DNA of 64,000 bases from Antedon mediterranea (taxonomy: Eukaryota > Animalia > Echinodermata). The stretch spans positions 22,317,648 to 22,381,647 of the forward strand of contig NC_092673.1 of the NCBI RefSeq assembly GCF_964355755.1, given 5' to 3'. Positions 24,301-36,500 of the stretch are shown one piece after another. Under the pieces are notes generated by a model. It was not told the origin of the DNA and did not search any database. It was given only the letters and a program-made list of their open reading frames with translations. Position numbers and translations under genes: made by a program. Numbering within the stretch: position 1 is the first letter of the stretch; each line of letters opens with the position of its first letter.

Positions 24301-27159
24301 AAAAATGATAAAAAATCCAGATATTTGACTGGATTTGAAACATGGTGATCGGTAGAGTCGAGCATTTGGGACAAACATCTCCTGAAAAATCTCCAAAAGA
24401 TCTCCTTTAGAGGTAATTGTCCTAAGTAGTGGGTGTTATCTGGAAATGGTATTCTGTGATAATGTTTGCTAATATACCCAATTCGTATACACATACAAAT
24501 AGTACCTGATAATTCTGCAACAAGATAAGATAAAGATAAAACTCTGTGACCGCAAGCTTCAGATCAGCAGCCGTTCTGTTTAATGCTTTCATTGTTGGAT
24601 CTTTCATTTCCATAAAAAATACAGAACTTCTCCGTCGTCGAAGATTAGCCGGAGTGTTAGGTTTCGACTTGTTATTGTTAAATTGACGACATTCATCTTG
24701 TAAACTTGCAGAGCGTCTTGTTGCTTCATTTAGTTTCTCTAAATCAATTAAATCATAGTTAAATATGTCCATAAAAAATAACAATTTGAACAACATTAGA
24801 AGCAAGCAAGCGCTGTGACACAATGTGTTATTTATACTGTATAACTACAGTATAGTGCATTAGTACTGTACTTACCTGAGAAAAAAGTATTTATTTTTGT
24901 AAGTTGTTTTTCACAATAGTGGAAAAATTCCTCCTCTACTGTGTTGGTAAATCTTTCCACAACTTGTTCCCCAACTTCTAAATAAAGAAGAAAAATTACT
25001 TGAATTTATTGACTTTCATTGGCTGATTTCATTAACATTATTTTTTTTAAATCAGGAATGTTTGATTCGTGTGAATATATTCACTATTGAAAAACAGGTG
25101 TTTTTTTTTTTTCCAAACCTTCCATATCAACATCATTACATTATAATACATAAATTGGAAATGGTTGCAAATATATTATTGCACTTTATGCATACCTTCT
25201 GTTTGTGGAATATTCTCACAATATTTGTATATTATTTCCTTAAGATTCTGTGAAAAAAAAAGAAAAAGATATTTGCAATAAATACAGATAACTGACACTT
25301 TTCAATATGTCAATAAATACATACTTCTGATGATCAACAAGTGATTCTGGAAGCAATTCATAATAAGATCCCGTAGTGTCTGTCCATGGGGTCTAGAATC
25401 TGACAACCTTTCCCACCCTCACTCCACTAAAGTTACCCTTTTTTATTGTACTGTATAAACAGGTGAACTAATACACTAGTTCTACTGTACTACTTGTTTT
25501 GTTTTTAGAAACCACTTTCTTTCTTCTTAACTGTTGTTTAGGTACAGACTATTCTGTACTCTAGCATAAGAATCAATGAAAACTTTTTTCAACAAAAAAC
25601 CTAAAATTGATATTTCTGGATTCAAAGTCTTCCACATGTATAGGGGATGGATGGTTTATTTTTCCATCAATAACTGTATTATGGGGTACACTAATGATGA
25701 ATGAACAGGAATTGAATAATTAAGTACGGAAGGTCACATTAATCATCATTGGTAGTTTCTGCCAACAACAATTTGAAACAAAATACTATAAAGGAAATCA
25801 ACTTTACAATGCGAATCCCCAAAACATGAAAAATAAAGATGAATAATACCCAAGGCATAGGCATTTTGTACAGTACAGTAGTTTTAATAAAATTATTCAG
25901 TCTAAAAAGGTTAAACCAAAAACACATTGATTTCCAGACAATGGATTCTGGTATATTACGGTTTTATTGGGTAAAAAAAAATTGTTGACATTAAAATTGT
26001 TAATTATTTATTAAGGGGTACAATATATTTAGCTCTGACAAAACTGTACCAAATACTATACAAATATCAAGAATTATATATTTTGGGTGGGACTTGGACC
26101 CATGACTCATTGCTAAGTAACCTCACTATGATACTGTAGCGTCACTATACAATTCAATTAACAATGGAAAGCATTTGGTGTCATGATGAAATATTGTGCA
26201 GATGTCTGATTTAGTAATTTCCTGTGTAATAAAGTGGAAAAGGGTAAAAACAGCAACACACAGAAAAACAACAACAACTTTGTTGATGTTTTTTTACTTT
26301 TTACTTTGTAATTTGTCAAATTGATACTAATTGAACTATCAATTATTTCCAACAATTTAATTAATACTGTTGTTTTATACAATGATTGACAATTTTTAGG
26401 TAAATTTCAGAATCTAACAATAATTGTGTTGTCAGAATGTTTGAAACAAAGAGGTGGAAATTGATAATACCACATTAGCGTACTTCCATTGTACTAATTA
26501 ACTGTATGTAAAAACCAATGATTCGGAAAAATGAACTGAAATGACTGGAAAAAATTTGTCTGGTCATGGGTTAAAAATTATTGCATACAATCAGATTTAA
26601 ATAATCGTATCTGATTAGATAGAGATAATTCATCTTGAGAGCATATAATTTAATATCGGTTTACTTAGATAATCTTTTGCTGTGGAAAAGAAAACAAACA
26701 GTAAATTATTAATTAAACAACAATTAGGCCCAGGCCTATTTAGATTTCAAGAAAACATTCTAAAAAAATAATTACAGTATTAAAATCTCAACCAAAAAAG
26801 TTGAAAATTAGCAGGCTTGTCTATGGCTAGTACTAGTAGTAGTGGGCCTTAGTACTGCTAGTAGTAGGCCTAGACCAATGGTTTAGGAAGGGGTAAGCCT
26901 ACTTGTACTATATAGGCCAGGCCTACTACATAGTCCTAGTAGACAACCCGCCCGGCCTGCCCTCCTGCTAGGTAGTACTAGGCTCTAGTAGTAGTAGTAA
27001 AAGAGTAGGCCTAACCTAGAGAGGCTAGCTAGCTAGGTAGGCTTACTTACTACTCTGTCTGTGTATTTATTTTAATATTATACACGTTACCTCATAATCG
27101 ATGTACTGTTTTCGCCATTCTGGAGTAAGGTGTGCTTGTAAATGTTCACTAAATTTCAT
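15338..27159 (-). CDS. XPR1: XPR1/SLC53A1 phosphate exporter (SPX + EXS domains), 15 coding exons, ~699 aa
   Basis: Exons (minus): 27159-27091 ([23 protein letters not shown]), 25247-25196, 24977-24876, 24738-24506, 24057-23908 ([15 protein letters not shown]), 23558-23478, 22906-22828, 22394-22207, 21364-21185, 20401-20254 ([13 protein letters not shown]), 18697-18503, 18330-18164, 17337-17201, 15947-15771 ([26 protein letters not shown]), 15479-15338. All GT-AG and phase-consistent, 2100 nt in total. The last exon is the least certain. Confidence 0.96.
16022..16762. repeat. 20-bp minisatellite (GTCAATGCATAGGTTGACAY)n, ~36 units, in XPR1 intron 13
   Basis: Direct 20-nt periodicity. Confidence 0.97.
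17393..18109. repeat. Same 20-bp minisatellite in XPR1 intron 12, as two blocks each preceded by a duplicated ~55-bp unique flank
   Basis: Arrays at 17448-17553 and 17642-18109; TCACTCTATTTGGTGGTTTAGTCTAGATCTAGG...CAACGGC at ~17393 and ~17587. Confidence 0.95.
19093..20245. repeat. MITE-derived ~40-bp minisatellite (GGTGTCTTCTTAATAGGGGTTGTAATGTATGTGGTCTCAAA)n with a 165-bp higher-order period
   Basis: Begins with the MITE left end TAGAACCCCTCCTATGGGACAC; tandem units 19185-20245; variant GCAATGTACTG recurs every 165 bp (units at 19641, 19806, 19971). Confidence 0.93.
20820..21110 (-). mobile_element. tRNA-derived SINE with Deu/Nin-like core
   Basis: Minus strand: A box TGGCCAAGTGG, B box GGTTCGAGTC, core GCACTTTAAATAACCCAGTACATCTTTCGAAACAAGTAGGGGGTCCCCCAGTGT. 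Confidence 0.75.
21637..22049 (+). mobile_element. Composite SINE: internally deleted 5S rRNA head + tRNA-like segment + Deu/Nin core + (ACCTTT)n tail
   Basis: GCATACGGCCATACTGCGTTGAAA and CTGGATGGGAGGCCGTCTAGAAATC...GCTGCTGTA resemble the 5' and 3' parts of 5S; TGGTGTAATGG A box; CTTCGGATGGGATGTAATGCCGTTAGTCCCGTGT...GCACGTTAAAGAAC...GAAAAGAGTAGGGGATCGTCTCCCGGTGT; ends TACCTTTACCTTT. Confidence 0.75.
23275..23434. repeat. 40-bp tandem repeat x4
   Basis: (ACAATTCAACCCCATAGGCTGTAGGTCACATGCTATTCTC)x4 in XPR1 intron 6. Confidence 0.95.
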
Positions 27160-27575
27160 ACTTGTTTCCTTTATGTAGCATAAGCATAAGCTTGTTGATT
27201 TGGAAAGTTATCACCTGTTAAATTGTTGTTGTTATGAAATAGGAAAATTAGTATTGCAAAATTGTATTTTTAAAGCGCGCCACCTATACCTCAGACTCGA
27301 GAGTCAAAGGTTATTATTTTAATTTAATTTATATATTTTCCGTTTTCATTAGGTAAATGCAAACAACTTAAACAATAAAAAAAATGTATTTAAATTAATA
27401 TTATTTTATTTGATTTTATATAACTTTTTTAATAATGTTTCCTAACATTAACTATTTATTTTACAATCTAAAAGAAAATAACTGAACACAAATTGTAGAA
27501 ATATACAATAATGGCGGCGGAGTTCACGAACTAATAATTTTTGGGCGACAACTTTACAAACTTCGCAGGAATGTA
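27160..27575. promoter_or_regulatory. Shared bidirectional promoter / 5' UTR region of XPR1 and SMG7
   Basis: Divergent ATGs 416 bp apart; AT-rich core; YY1-like ATGGCGGC at 27511. Confidence 0.75.
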
Positions 27576-30500
27576 ATGAGTTGTGCTCAGTTGCTCCGGT
27601 AAGATAAACATTTTCTGTACCCTTTGATTTTTAAAAATCTATTGTTTGCGTATAAAAAATGGTAGAAGTATTCGTTACTTTTTTCAAGGCCCTTGACCCT
27701 GTATAATTTAGGTCCAGGAGAGTGTATGAGGCTTACCTGGGCCCGGGGGTCGGCTGCCTGGCACAGTCCTAGCTAGCCAGGTAGCCAGCTGAAGATACTA
27801 GGCCTAGACTAGTCTGGTACCCTACCTATTGGCATAGACTATAAAAGGCATGCTACTATTTTAGAGGCTGCTTCTAGTAATATACTTTGACGGGCATATG
27901 TGATGAGCCTGACTGAAGCTAGCTGTGCACATCTAGGCTAGGCCTATGATCTATCTAAATAAATGAATTTGTAGGTGGTGGTAAGTAAGTAGAGGCCTAG
28001 CCTAACCTATACCTGACCTGTTTTTATTGATGATGAGCTCAGTTAGACACAGTAAAAAAGTGGAGTGCCATGCCGTGGACGTAGTGCATGTTCAATTGTT
28101 TTTTCATCTGAGCTTGATGCGAACATAAGAACTAGGCCTAGCCTTTTTTAAACAAAACAAATTGAAATTTCCTATGTTTGTTTATCTTAACAGGCGAGCT
28201 AATGAACTCAAGGCAAAAATAATAGGTAGGTAATGTTTTCCCATATTTAGACAGAATTTAATTTTGCAATGACACTGACAGCAATTGCTGTAGGAAAGAC
28301 CTATTCTATTTATTAGTAATAATTAATTAATACCAAAGATCGTATATCAGAAGATTGATTATCAAAAATTGCATTATGCTACAAAAACCATTGTGGATGC
28401 TATGCCGCATAAAGTACAGTGGATAATAATATTCACAGTGCCTACATATGATGGACATTAATTGTGCTGCAACAAGCAACAATCGGATATTTCATTCTAC
28501 CTACTCTACTGTATTCCCATTAAAAGGTTAAAAACAAAAAATACTGACATACTGTAAAAAGAACAGACAACCAACCTCTACAAATTGAGACATTTACCGG
28601 TTTTTAGAACATGTGGATATTTTTTGATAATCACATTCCAAATGTAAACCAGCAAATAGCGGATTATTTAAATGCTAATTACTGTACATTAACAACAAAC
28701 TCATCTGAACTAATCATCGGTTCCAAATGCTACAGTATAGCCAGTTAACAAGCCACCACCAATCCATAAATTGAATGTAAAGTGTTGGTGGTTCTAGCCT
28801 AGATATTTTAATTGTTATTAAATTAGGTAAGCGTAAGAAAATTAATGAATTCATAATTGAATCATTGAATAGTATGTGTTTTAAAAATCAAAATTTGTTT
28901 GTATTCATTGAATGGGGGAGAATCGTTGAAAGCCTAACTGTCCTATTTAATATTCCATCTCATATACATTGATTAATTGTATAATATATTTATAGTGAAT
29001 TTAATTGAATAGATTTGAATGGCCAAGTGGGGAAGGCAGTGGCGCTTAAAACCATAATCATAATCGGCACAGGTTAAAATATGTTTTTGGTGTTTAGAAC
29101 AAATCTTTTCGGATAAGGAGATCCAGTGTAAACATACTGTATAGCTTGTGTGCACTTCTAAAAACCCAGAGCATCTTTTTGAAGATTAGGAAGTTATCCC
29201 AGTGTACTGTACTGGTCCATCTCAATGTGGCCATACAAATGAGTACTGTTTAGTGGCAGCTGTACTGTACATGAAAAATGTTGTGCACAATTCAACTCAA
29301 TTAGACATTTCCCCACATTTAGTACTAATAAAGTTAAGTATAGTACTAACTAAAGTAAGTAAATTGCTTGTTGGAAATGTGTTTATTTATCATTCAGAGG
29401 GAAATGCTGAAACTTGGGTAACCCGCCAGACGCTCCTGGACCTCTATCAACAAATTCTCGTAACCAATCTTGAGTTTGCCCTCGACAAAAAAGTAGAGCA
29501 AGATTTGTGGAATCATGTCTTTAAGAATCAAATTAACATCTTACAAAGAAAAGTAAAGGACAAGACGGTATGTATTTAATTTTATTTATTTTTAGAAATT
29601 AAACATTAATTAATTATTAAAGGGTAAATTTTAATTGTTTACTACTGTATAAGATATTTAATATATTATAAACAACATTGAAATTTCACCTATAGTACTC
29701 ATTTTTGTGAAGCAGAACAAGCGCCATGAAAATAAAAAAAAAAGGAAATATTATATTTATTTTAATTTGGGGCATTTTACAAGTATATAATTACAAATCG
29801 AAAGAATAATCAATTTTTCACAAAAAAATACTTTTTAAATTTAGTGTTCATCATCATCATCATCAGCCGTTGTCAGTCTACTGCTGGACGAAAGCCTTAG
29901 CATGTTTCTGCCATAGTGAACGATCTCTAGCTGCTCCCTGCCACTGCATTGTACCCCAATACTTGTCTATTTCATCTCGTCATCGCACTCTTTGCCTTCC
30001 TCTATTTCTGATCCCATCCATGAGTCTCCATGATGTCATTAGCAAAGTCCATCTGTTAGTATGTCTGCATACCAATAATAATATAGCAAAATTCTTTTGA
30101 CAATTGATAAGTTATACAAGATTATACTTTCTTATAGAATCCAAAACGTACAGAACTACAAGCAACTTTGACATTATTCCTAGACAGTGCTAGTGGCTTC
30201 TACCTTCAGGTAAAGTATTCTTGCATTAAATAAGGCTCTAGAATTATTAAGAGCGAATATGTTTTGAAAGTGACCCAAGATGGAGGACTGTATGAAAAAA
30301 ATACAAGGTTGAATGTTTTGTCTGTTTCTCAAGATACTACCAGAGTAAATACAAATTATTAACTTTAGGTAAAACATGGTAAATCCACTAACCCCTTAAT
30401 TCTTTGACGTTGCCACCACCACTGATTGATTGATTGATTAACTATTACATAATTGTGTAAGTACAATATAGTATGGAGAAATACTGTAGTTTTAACTTTA

Positions 30501-33500
30501 GTCTGGAGGATACAGTCATAAACAACTTCAGAAACTTCAAAGGTTTAAGTCATCATGTTGTGATTTGCCCAAATATGTTAGTGATATGCCCAAATATGGT
30601 AGTGATATGCCCAAATATGGTAGTGATATGACATCATCATGTCCATATATAGGTACATCACACGAAATTTGATAATGTAGACAGAGCTTTAAACACTTAT
30701 TATAAATACATGCTGTGATTGTGTTTTAGCTTCTACAGGAACTATGCAGTGCCTTTGAACTGAGGCTGGGATGTCGTGTAACACCAGCTAAACTAGGGAT
30801 CCTTGATGACAAGAACCCAAACCATCACAAACTGAAGCAAGCGCAACATGCGTCCTGTCTCTACATTTGTCAGTATTGTCTCGTACATCTCGGAGACCTG
30901 TGTATGTTTAAAATGTGTTATTTAAAATATGCACAATTTAATAGGTATTCTTATAGACTTTTATACTAAAGGTGATTTGTACTTCTCTTTTATATTTCTG
31001 TTGTTTACATGTAATCAGAAATCAAATAAATGAAAAAAAAGTCTATTAAAGGGTTTCAAACTTATTCTACCGTACCCGTTTTTAATTGGTCTACTTTTCA
31101 AAAGTAAGGATATACACTTTTATAATGCATATGATGTTATAATGCATGCTATTTTGAGATTCCAACATTTTTATTATTTTCATCCTAGCCCGTTACAGAT
31201 TGGAGACTAGTCAAGCAGAGAGCTATTATCGGCATGCAGCTAAGCTAGTTCCTTCAAGCGGACAACCTTACAACCAACTGGCGATTGTAGCAGCGTCACG
31301 TGGGGACCAGTTAGCTATGACGTTTTTTTACGTTCGAAGCACTGCTGTTAGACACCCCTTCCCGGCTGCATCTACTAATTTACAGAGTACCTTTGCAAAG
31401 CTTGTTGATAAGTTAGTATAGTTTTATTAAATTATAATAAGTATAGCTATTATCTATCACAATGATCTATCTGATATTCATATTGATATTCATATTCATT
31501 TATTATCCAGAAAAATAAAAAAAACAATAATACAAAAAGCATAAATTACATAAAACAAAAACAAGCATAGAAAAACGCAGGACACTATCCTGGCGGATTG
31601 TCAAAAAACAAAAATATCGCTATAATAGACTCTCCTGATAGTGCTGGTGGCAAAATAACAGAAACATAACTGATGCCAGAAAGATATTAGTAAAGTACAT
31701 ATAGAACAAACTACTATAGTTGAGATGAAATAGATATATATTAAGTAATAGTACAACCCTAGATTTGAATATGTATTCATTAAAAATGACCATTGCACAT
31801 ATACAGTAAAAACCCTATGAAGGGGATACCTTCACAACCAAACAAGGTGCCCACTTAATATAAATGTCCCTGAGATAATAGGGATTTCCCCTGAATAGGA
31901 GTTGGCGATAGTGTTAAAACATAATTGTGTAATATTATGTGAGAGTGTCCCCTTTAGGGGTATCCCCTGAGGTGTCCCCTTTAGGGGTATCCCCTGAGGT
32001 GTCCCCTTTAGGGGTATCCCCTGAGGTGTGAGTCTCAAAAGAGGAGGATCTACTGTATAAAACAACCCTCTTTGTCTGACATGGTATTTTAAGACTCTTA
32101 AGCGTGGTTCCCACTGGCGACGCAACGCAAGGACGTAGCGCAACGCAAGTGAATTGACCAATCACAAGCGATGGCTTATTCGCTTGTGATTGCTAACTGT
32201 TTATAACTTCGCTTGTCATTGGTTAAAACGCTTGCGTTGCGTTTACGTCCTTGCGTTACGTTCTAGTGGGAACCAAGCTTTACTTTATGATCATAATTTG
32301 AAAAACAGCACACAAAATAATATTGTGTTAAAATGTTTTTCGTTATGTAGAGATGAAGTGAAGCTTTTTAAAATGAAGCTTGTTGAATTGATTCATTTCT
32401 TTACCAAGTTTCATGCTGTCATACATCTCACTGTGGGAGATGCAGGTTAGAAGTTATAAATTAATATTTTCCTTTTATATTTTTTACCAATTATTTAACA
32501 TTGATGATTCTTAAGTCATTAATATATTGGTATAATTGAATTAAGGCCCAAATAAATCTATATTGTTGTTTATGTATAGTGATTTTTGTTTGAAGGTTTG
32601 CATGGCGATAGTTGCTATTCAGCATTGTTCTTGAGAAAAAACGCTCTTCTACAGCTAGTTCCAATCCCTCCCATGGTGAACTTGCTATTGTTTTAGCTTT
32701 CACACCAGTTCCATCCAATTTCATTTATATTTCCAGTTTTCTGGATTTTCTACATTCTCACTCCTGAGAACAATCAAAGTATATTGATCACAACGTCAAG
32801 AAACTAAACAGTTCCTCTCAGAACTAAATATATGTGGTGTGCCGCAAACTGTATAGTGATTGTTATGTTTTAATTAATCCTACTACCTATATGGAAATTT
32901 AAAAAAAATCATAAATAAAACAATTGCTAACTGTATTTATACTCCAAAAAAGCAATGTACATACATCCAGATGTCTCACTAGAATTATATTTTTCTCATG
33001 TATTTTATCAATTTAGACTTACAAGTTGCATCAATGATTCGTGATAAGCTAGAAGAGAACTTCCGTTCACACTTGGCACAGGAGTCACTATCAGCAAAGC
33101 AACTTGTTCAAATGATGTCTATCAATTTGTTCACACTACACCATATTAAACATCTTGATAAAGAGACAGTAAATGTGGATGGTGAAAAAGACCATGAAGA
33201 AGTCGTGACCTCAGATGACATGTTCACACAGGATGAGATTCAGTCATGGAATCTAACCCTGAATTTAACAGGTTAAATTTCATTATTTGTTACAATATTT
33301 ATAAAACAAATAATTAAGAAGCAGAAAGAATAACTACTACTTCTGTAAAGCCCCTTTTTCAATTCCCTACATTTTCACAATTTTACAATTCCAACTTTTG
33401 GGTCCTATTTTAGCTATTTGCTTGTCAGTACAAAATCTAAGTTTTGTGATTTTCTGTTCTATAAATTAAATTAAAAGACATCATCACCATTGATAGGAGC

Positions 33501-36500
33501 TTGTCGAAACTTGGTTCTGGCTCTTAAATAAAAACTGCTCTTTATGCATCATAAAGCCTGTTTTCCTGTCAACGTTAAGTTACAGTGAGTTGCGTTGAGT
33601 TTAAAATCGTTAAAGTTGAAAATAAAATAGCGATGACGATGATCGAGTCGGACCGCTAATATTTACACATTTTTACGCGATCGTTAATAGTTTCTCTTGG
33701 TTCTCTCGAGCGGTGCTGGGACACGCGGACGGGAAGTGTTGCAAAACTCAGGCCGGCCACTTGAAAAAGTTACGGGTTTTGATGCTTAAACCCAGCCTAG
33801 GACATGCTTTCGTTGATATCTTAATCTAGGCTTACACTAAAGACAAACATTAAATTTAATTGGTTTAATATTATAATTTAATTTGACTTACACTTGTTTT
33901 TTTTAAATATCAGACCTTAAAAGTGTACAAAAAAGGTGAAAAACATCGTCGCGTTGTAAACATTCAAGAATTGTCAGCGCGTACCTTTTTTTCACAAACT
34001 GCAATGACGTAATTTGTGGACCATTTGATTGGTCAGTTTTGAACGATCGTAACAATCGTAATCAACAAAAGTTGAACTCGATTCAACTTTAACTATTTAA
34101 GATTTTAACGATTTTCAACGTTAATTTTTACCCCCTTTTCCTGTTAAATCGTTGAATATGTCAACTCAACGCAACTCAACGTAACTCAACGTAACTTAAC
34201 GTCGACAGGAAAACAGGCTTAAGGGTTGGCCCTAAAGCCCGGCGCACACTAGAGCTTCCGGCTGAGCCAACTGGCACGAGTAACACTTGCCTCAAGTGTG
34301 CGCCGGGGATTTCGTGAGGAATCGGCCACGCGTGCCGCTGAGGAAAATATCTATCGTGTTTAATATTTTTTGGCACGCGTGCCATTTTCCTCAAGTGTGC
34401 GCCGAACTTGAGCTTCCTGCTCACTAAAAAATTCCACTGCGCATGACATGTTCTGATTTATTATGATATTTCAGCGCGTGCTGTATAGCGCAGTAAGTAA
34501 TTATCCAATCAGAAAATCGCGTAGTGAAGGCGTTTAGTGTGCGTCCGATAGAACGCGATCACAATTTGCGGCAAATTTTTTAGTGAGCCAAGTGTTACTC
34601 GTGCCAGTTGGCTCAGCCGAAAGCTCTAGTGTGCGCCGGGCTTAAATAGAGGTGGCCCTTAAATAGAGGTTGACCCTTAAATAGAGGTTGACCCTTAAAT
34701 AGAGGTTGACCCTTAAATAGAGGTTGACTATAGTGTTTCAAAGTATACTGTATTTCCTTGCATTATTATAACTTATACTGTATTTGACTCAATATCCAAG
34801 TTGAAATGAAATGCATTCTACACTTGCTTTTTTTTGTTATATATAAATCCAAACACAAATTACTGAAAAGATGATAATACTGTGGTAATCAGTGGCTGAA
34901 TCTCAATGGAGATACAAATAAAATAAGCAAAAAGCTAAATCAAAAAGATAAAGAAAACAAACAGCCAGACAAATTAGCAGAGCTTTCAGGCAACACTAGT
35001 CCTTCATCAGTGCAATATATTATATATATATATTTTTAGTGACGTTGTTCCAGCTAATGTTGCACTATATGCCATCAAAGTCTCAGGAGAAAGCACGTCA
35101 ATGGGTGTGTCTACCAGCTGTAAAGGTCTTCTTAGATTGGCTCATTCATCGTCCTTACATTTTTGAAGATGATGTTGTCCTATCAAAACCAGTGTAAGTA
35201 AAGTTGTAGATTAGGTGAAATTACAATTTTTGTATTCCAAGATCTCAATTTGACAATGCGACTTTTTTTTGTGGATTTTTAATATTCATATTTAATTAGA
35301 TGGCAATGTATAAGCATTGTTTTTAAAATCCTATGTTCATCACATCATTCATCATCTATCTAAAATAAATTTGCTAAATTTTCTAACTGGACAAAGATGT
35401 ATTTGCTGTCCTAGTAAACTTGGTGTTTTTTACCATTGTAGAATGTATTCTCTTCTCGCTCTTCATGCCTATTTTTTAAGTAATCATTCTTCTAGATTTA
35501 ATTAGCACAAACGATAATTATGTAGTATTTATTTTTGAACAGGGTATGGAGTAAATTAGCAAAGGTACTGAATTTTGTTCAGTATAAAGATTCTGCTAAT
35601 GTACATCCCAATAAACAGGCATTATGGGAAGATATTGAAGTTGATGAGTTTCTACCTCTTAAAAAAGCTCACAGGTAAAAAATTACTATTTTTGTCGTCA
35701 ACTGGCAAAGGACTGTTGACCCCACTAGTAAACATGTTTTTTTTATATATTTGTAAATAGATTCTACAAAAAGTTGAATTTACAGAAATTGCCAAATAAA
35801 GTACATTTTGCTAGACTAAAAAGTAACTTTATTTTCAAAAATAAATCCAGCAAACATTTGAATTTTGAAATTGTCAACTAGCAATAATAACAAATCTACT
35901 AGCAAATTCATTCAATTCAATTCAAAACATGATCATATAATACAAATAAACCCATGACAGGATTCAGCAAAAGAAAACTTAAATGCTGTACAAATTTTCT
36001 CTGCTGTCATGGTTGACAAATAATAGAAATCAAATGAAATCATCAATTGAGAATGTTAAAGAGTCGCTATCCAATCGAGTTTGAACAATACCATGAAAGC
36101 CCCAGTGGTCTAATGGTTAGGACATCTGCATATCAAGCAGAAGGTTTCGAGTTCGAATCTCGGTTGGGGGCGACTTTTTCTAACTCTCACAGATTTCCTT
36201 ATCTTTATCGTTTCAAATTAATTAATTAAATTTCAGTATATCACCGTGCGGTTTAGGATTTATTCTATTACCAAAGCACTGATTAACATCCTTGTAATTT
36301 TATTTTGCTTTTTAGTATTTTAAACTTTGATGTATTTAATCAAGTCAACTTGAATGCAGAAATGGAAAGTAGAGAAAGAGTTTGTCGTCTTGTGCAACAT
36401 GGAAAATGGCTTGTTCAAAACCAATCAGGGTGAGCTTTACCAATGGAAATAAACACTACATGAAAAATGCTCAATACATAATTAAACTTATAATACATTT

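Noticed and set aside
25325-25392. Candidate XPR1 exon 2
   Set aside because: 25247-25196 fits phase, size (52 nt) and sequence (NLKEIIYKY) much better.
28028-28115. Possible C/D-box snoRNA in SMG7 intron 1 (ATGATGA...CTGA)
   Set aside because: No terminal stem and no rRNA-complementary guide that I could recognise.
31832-32165. ORFs with TPQGIPLKG / GDTSGDTPK repeats
   Set aside because: 27-bp tandem inside a MITE.
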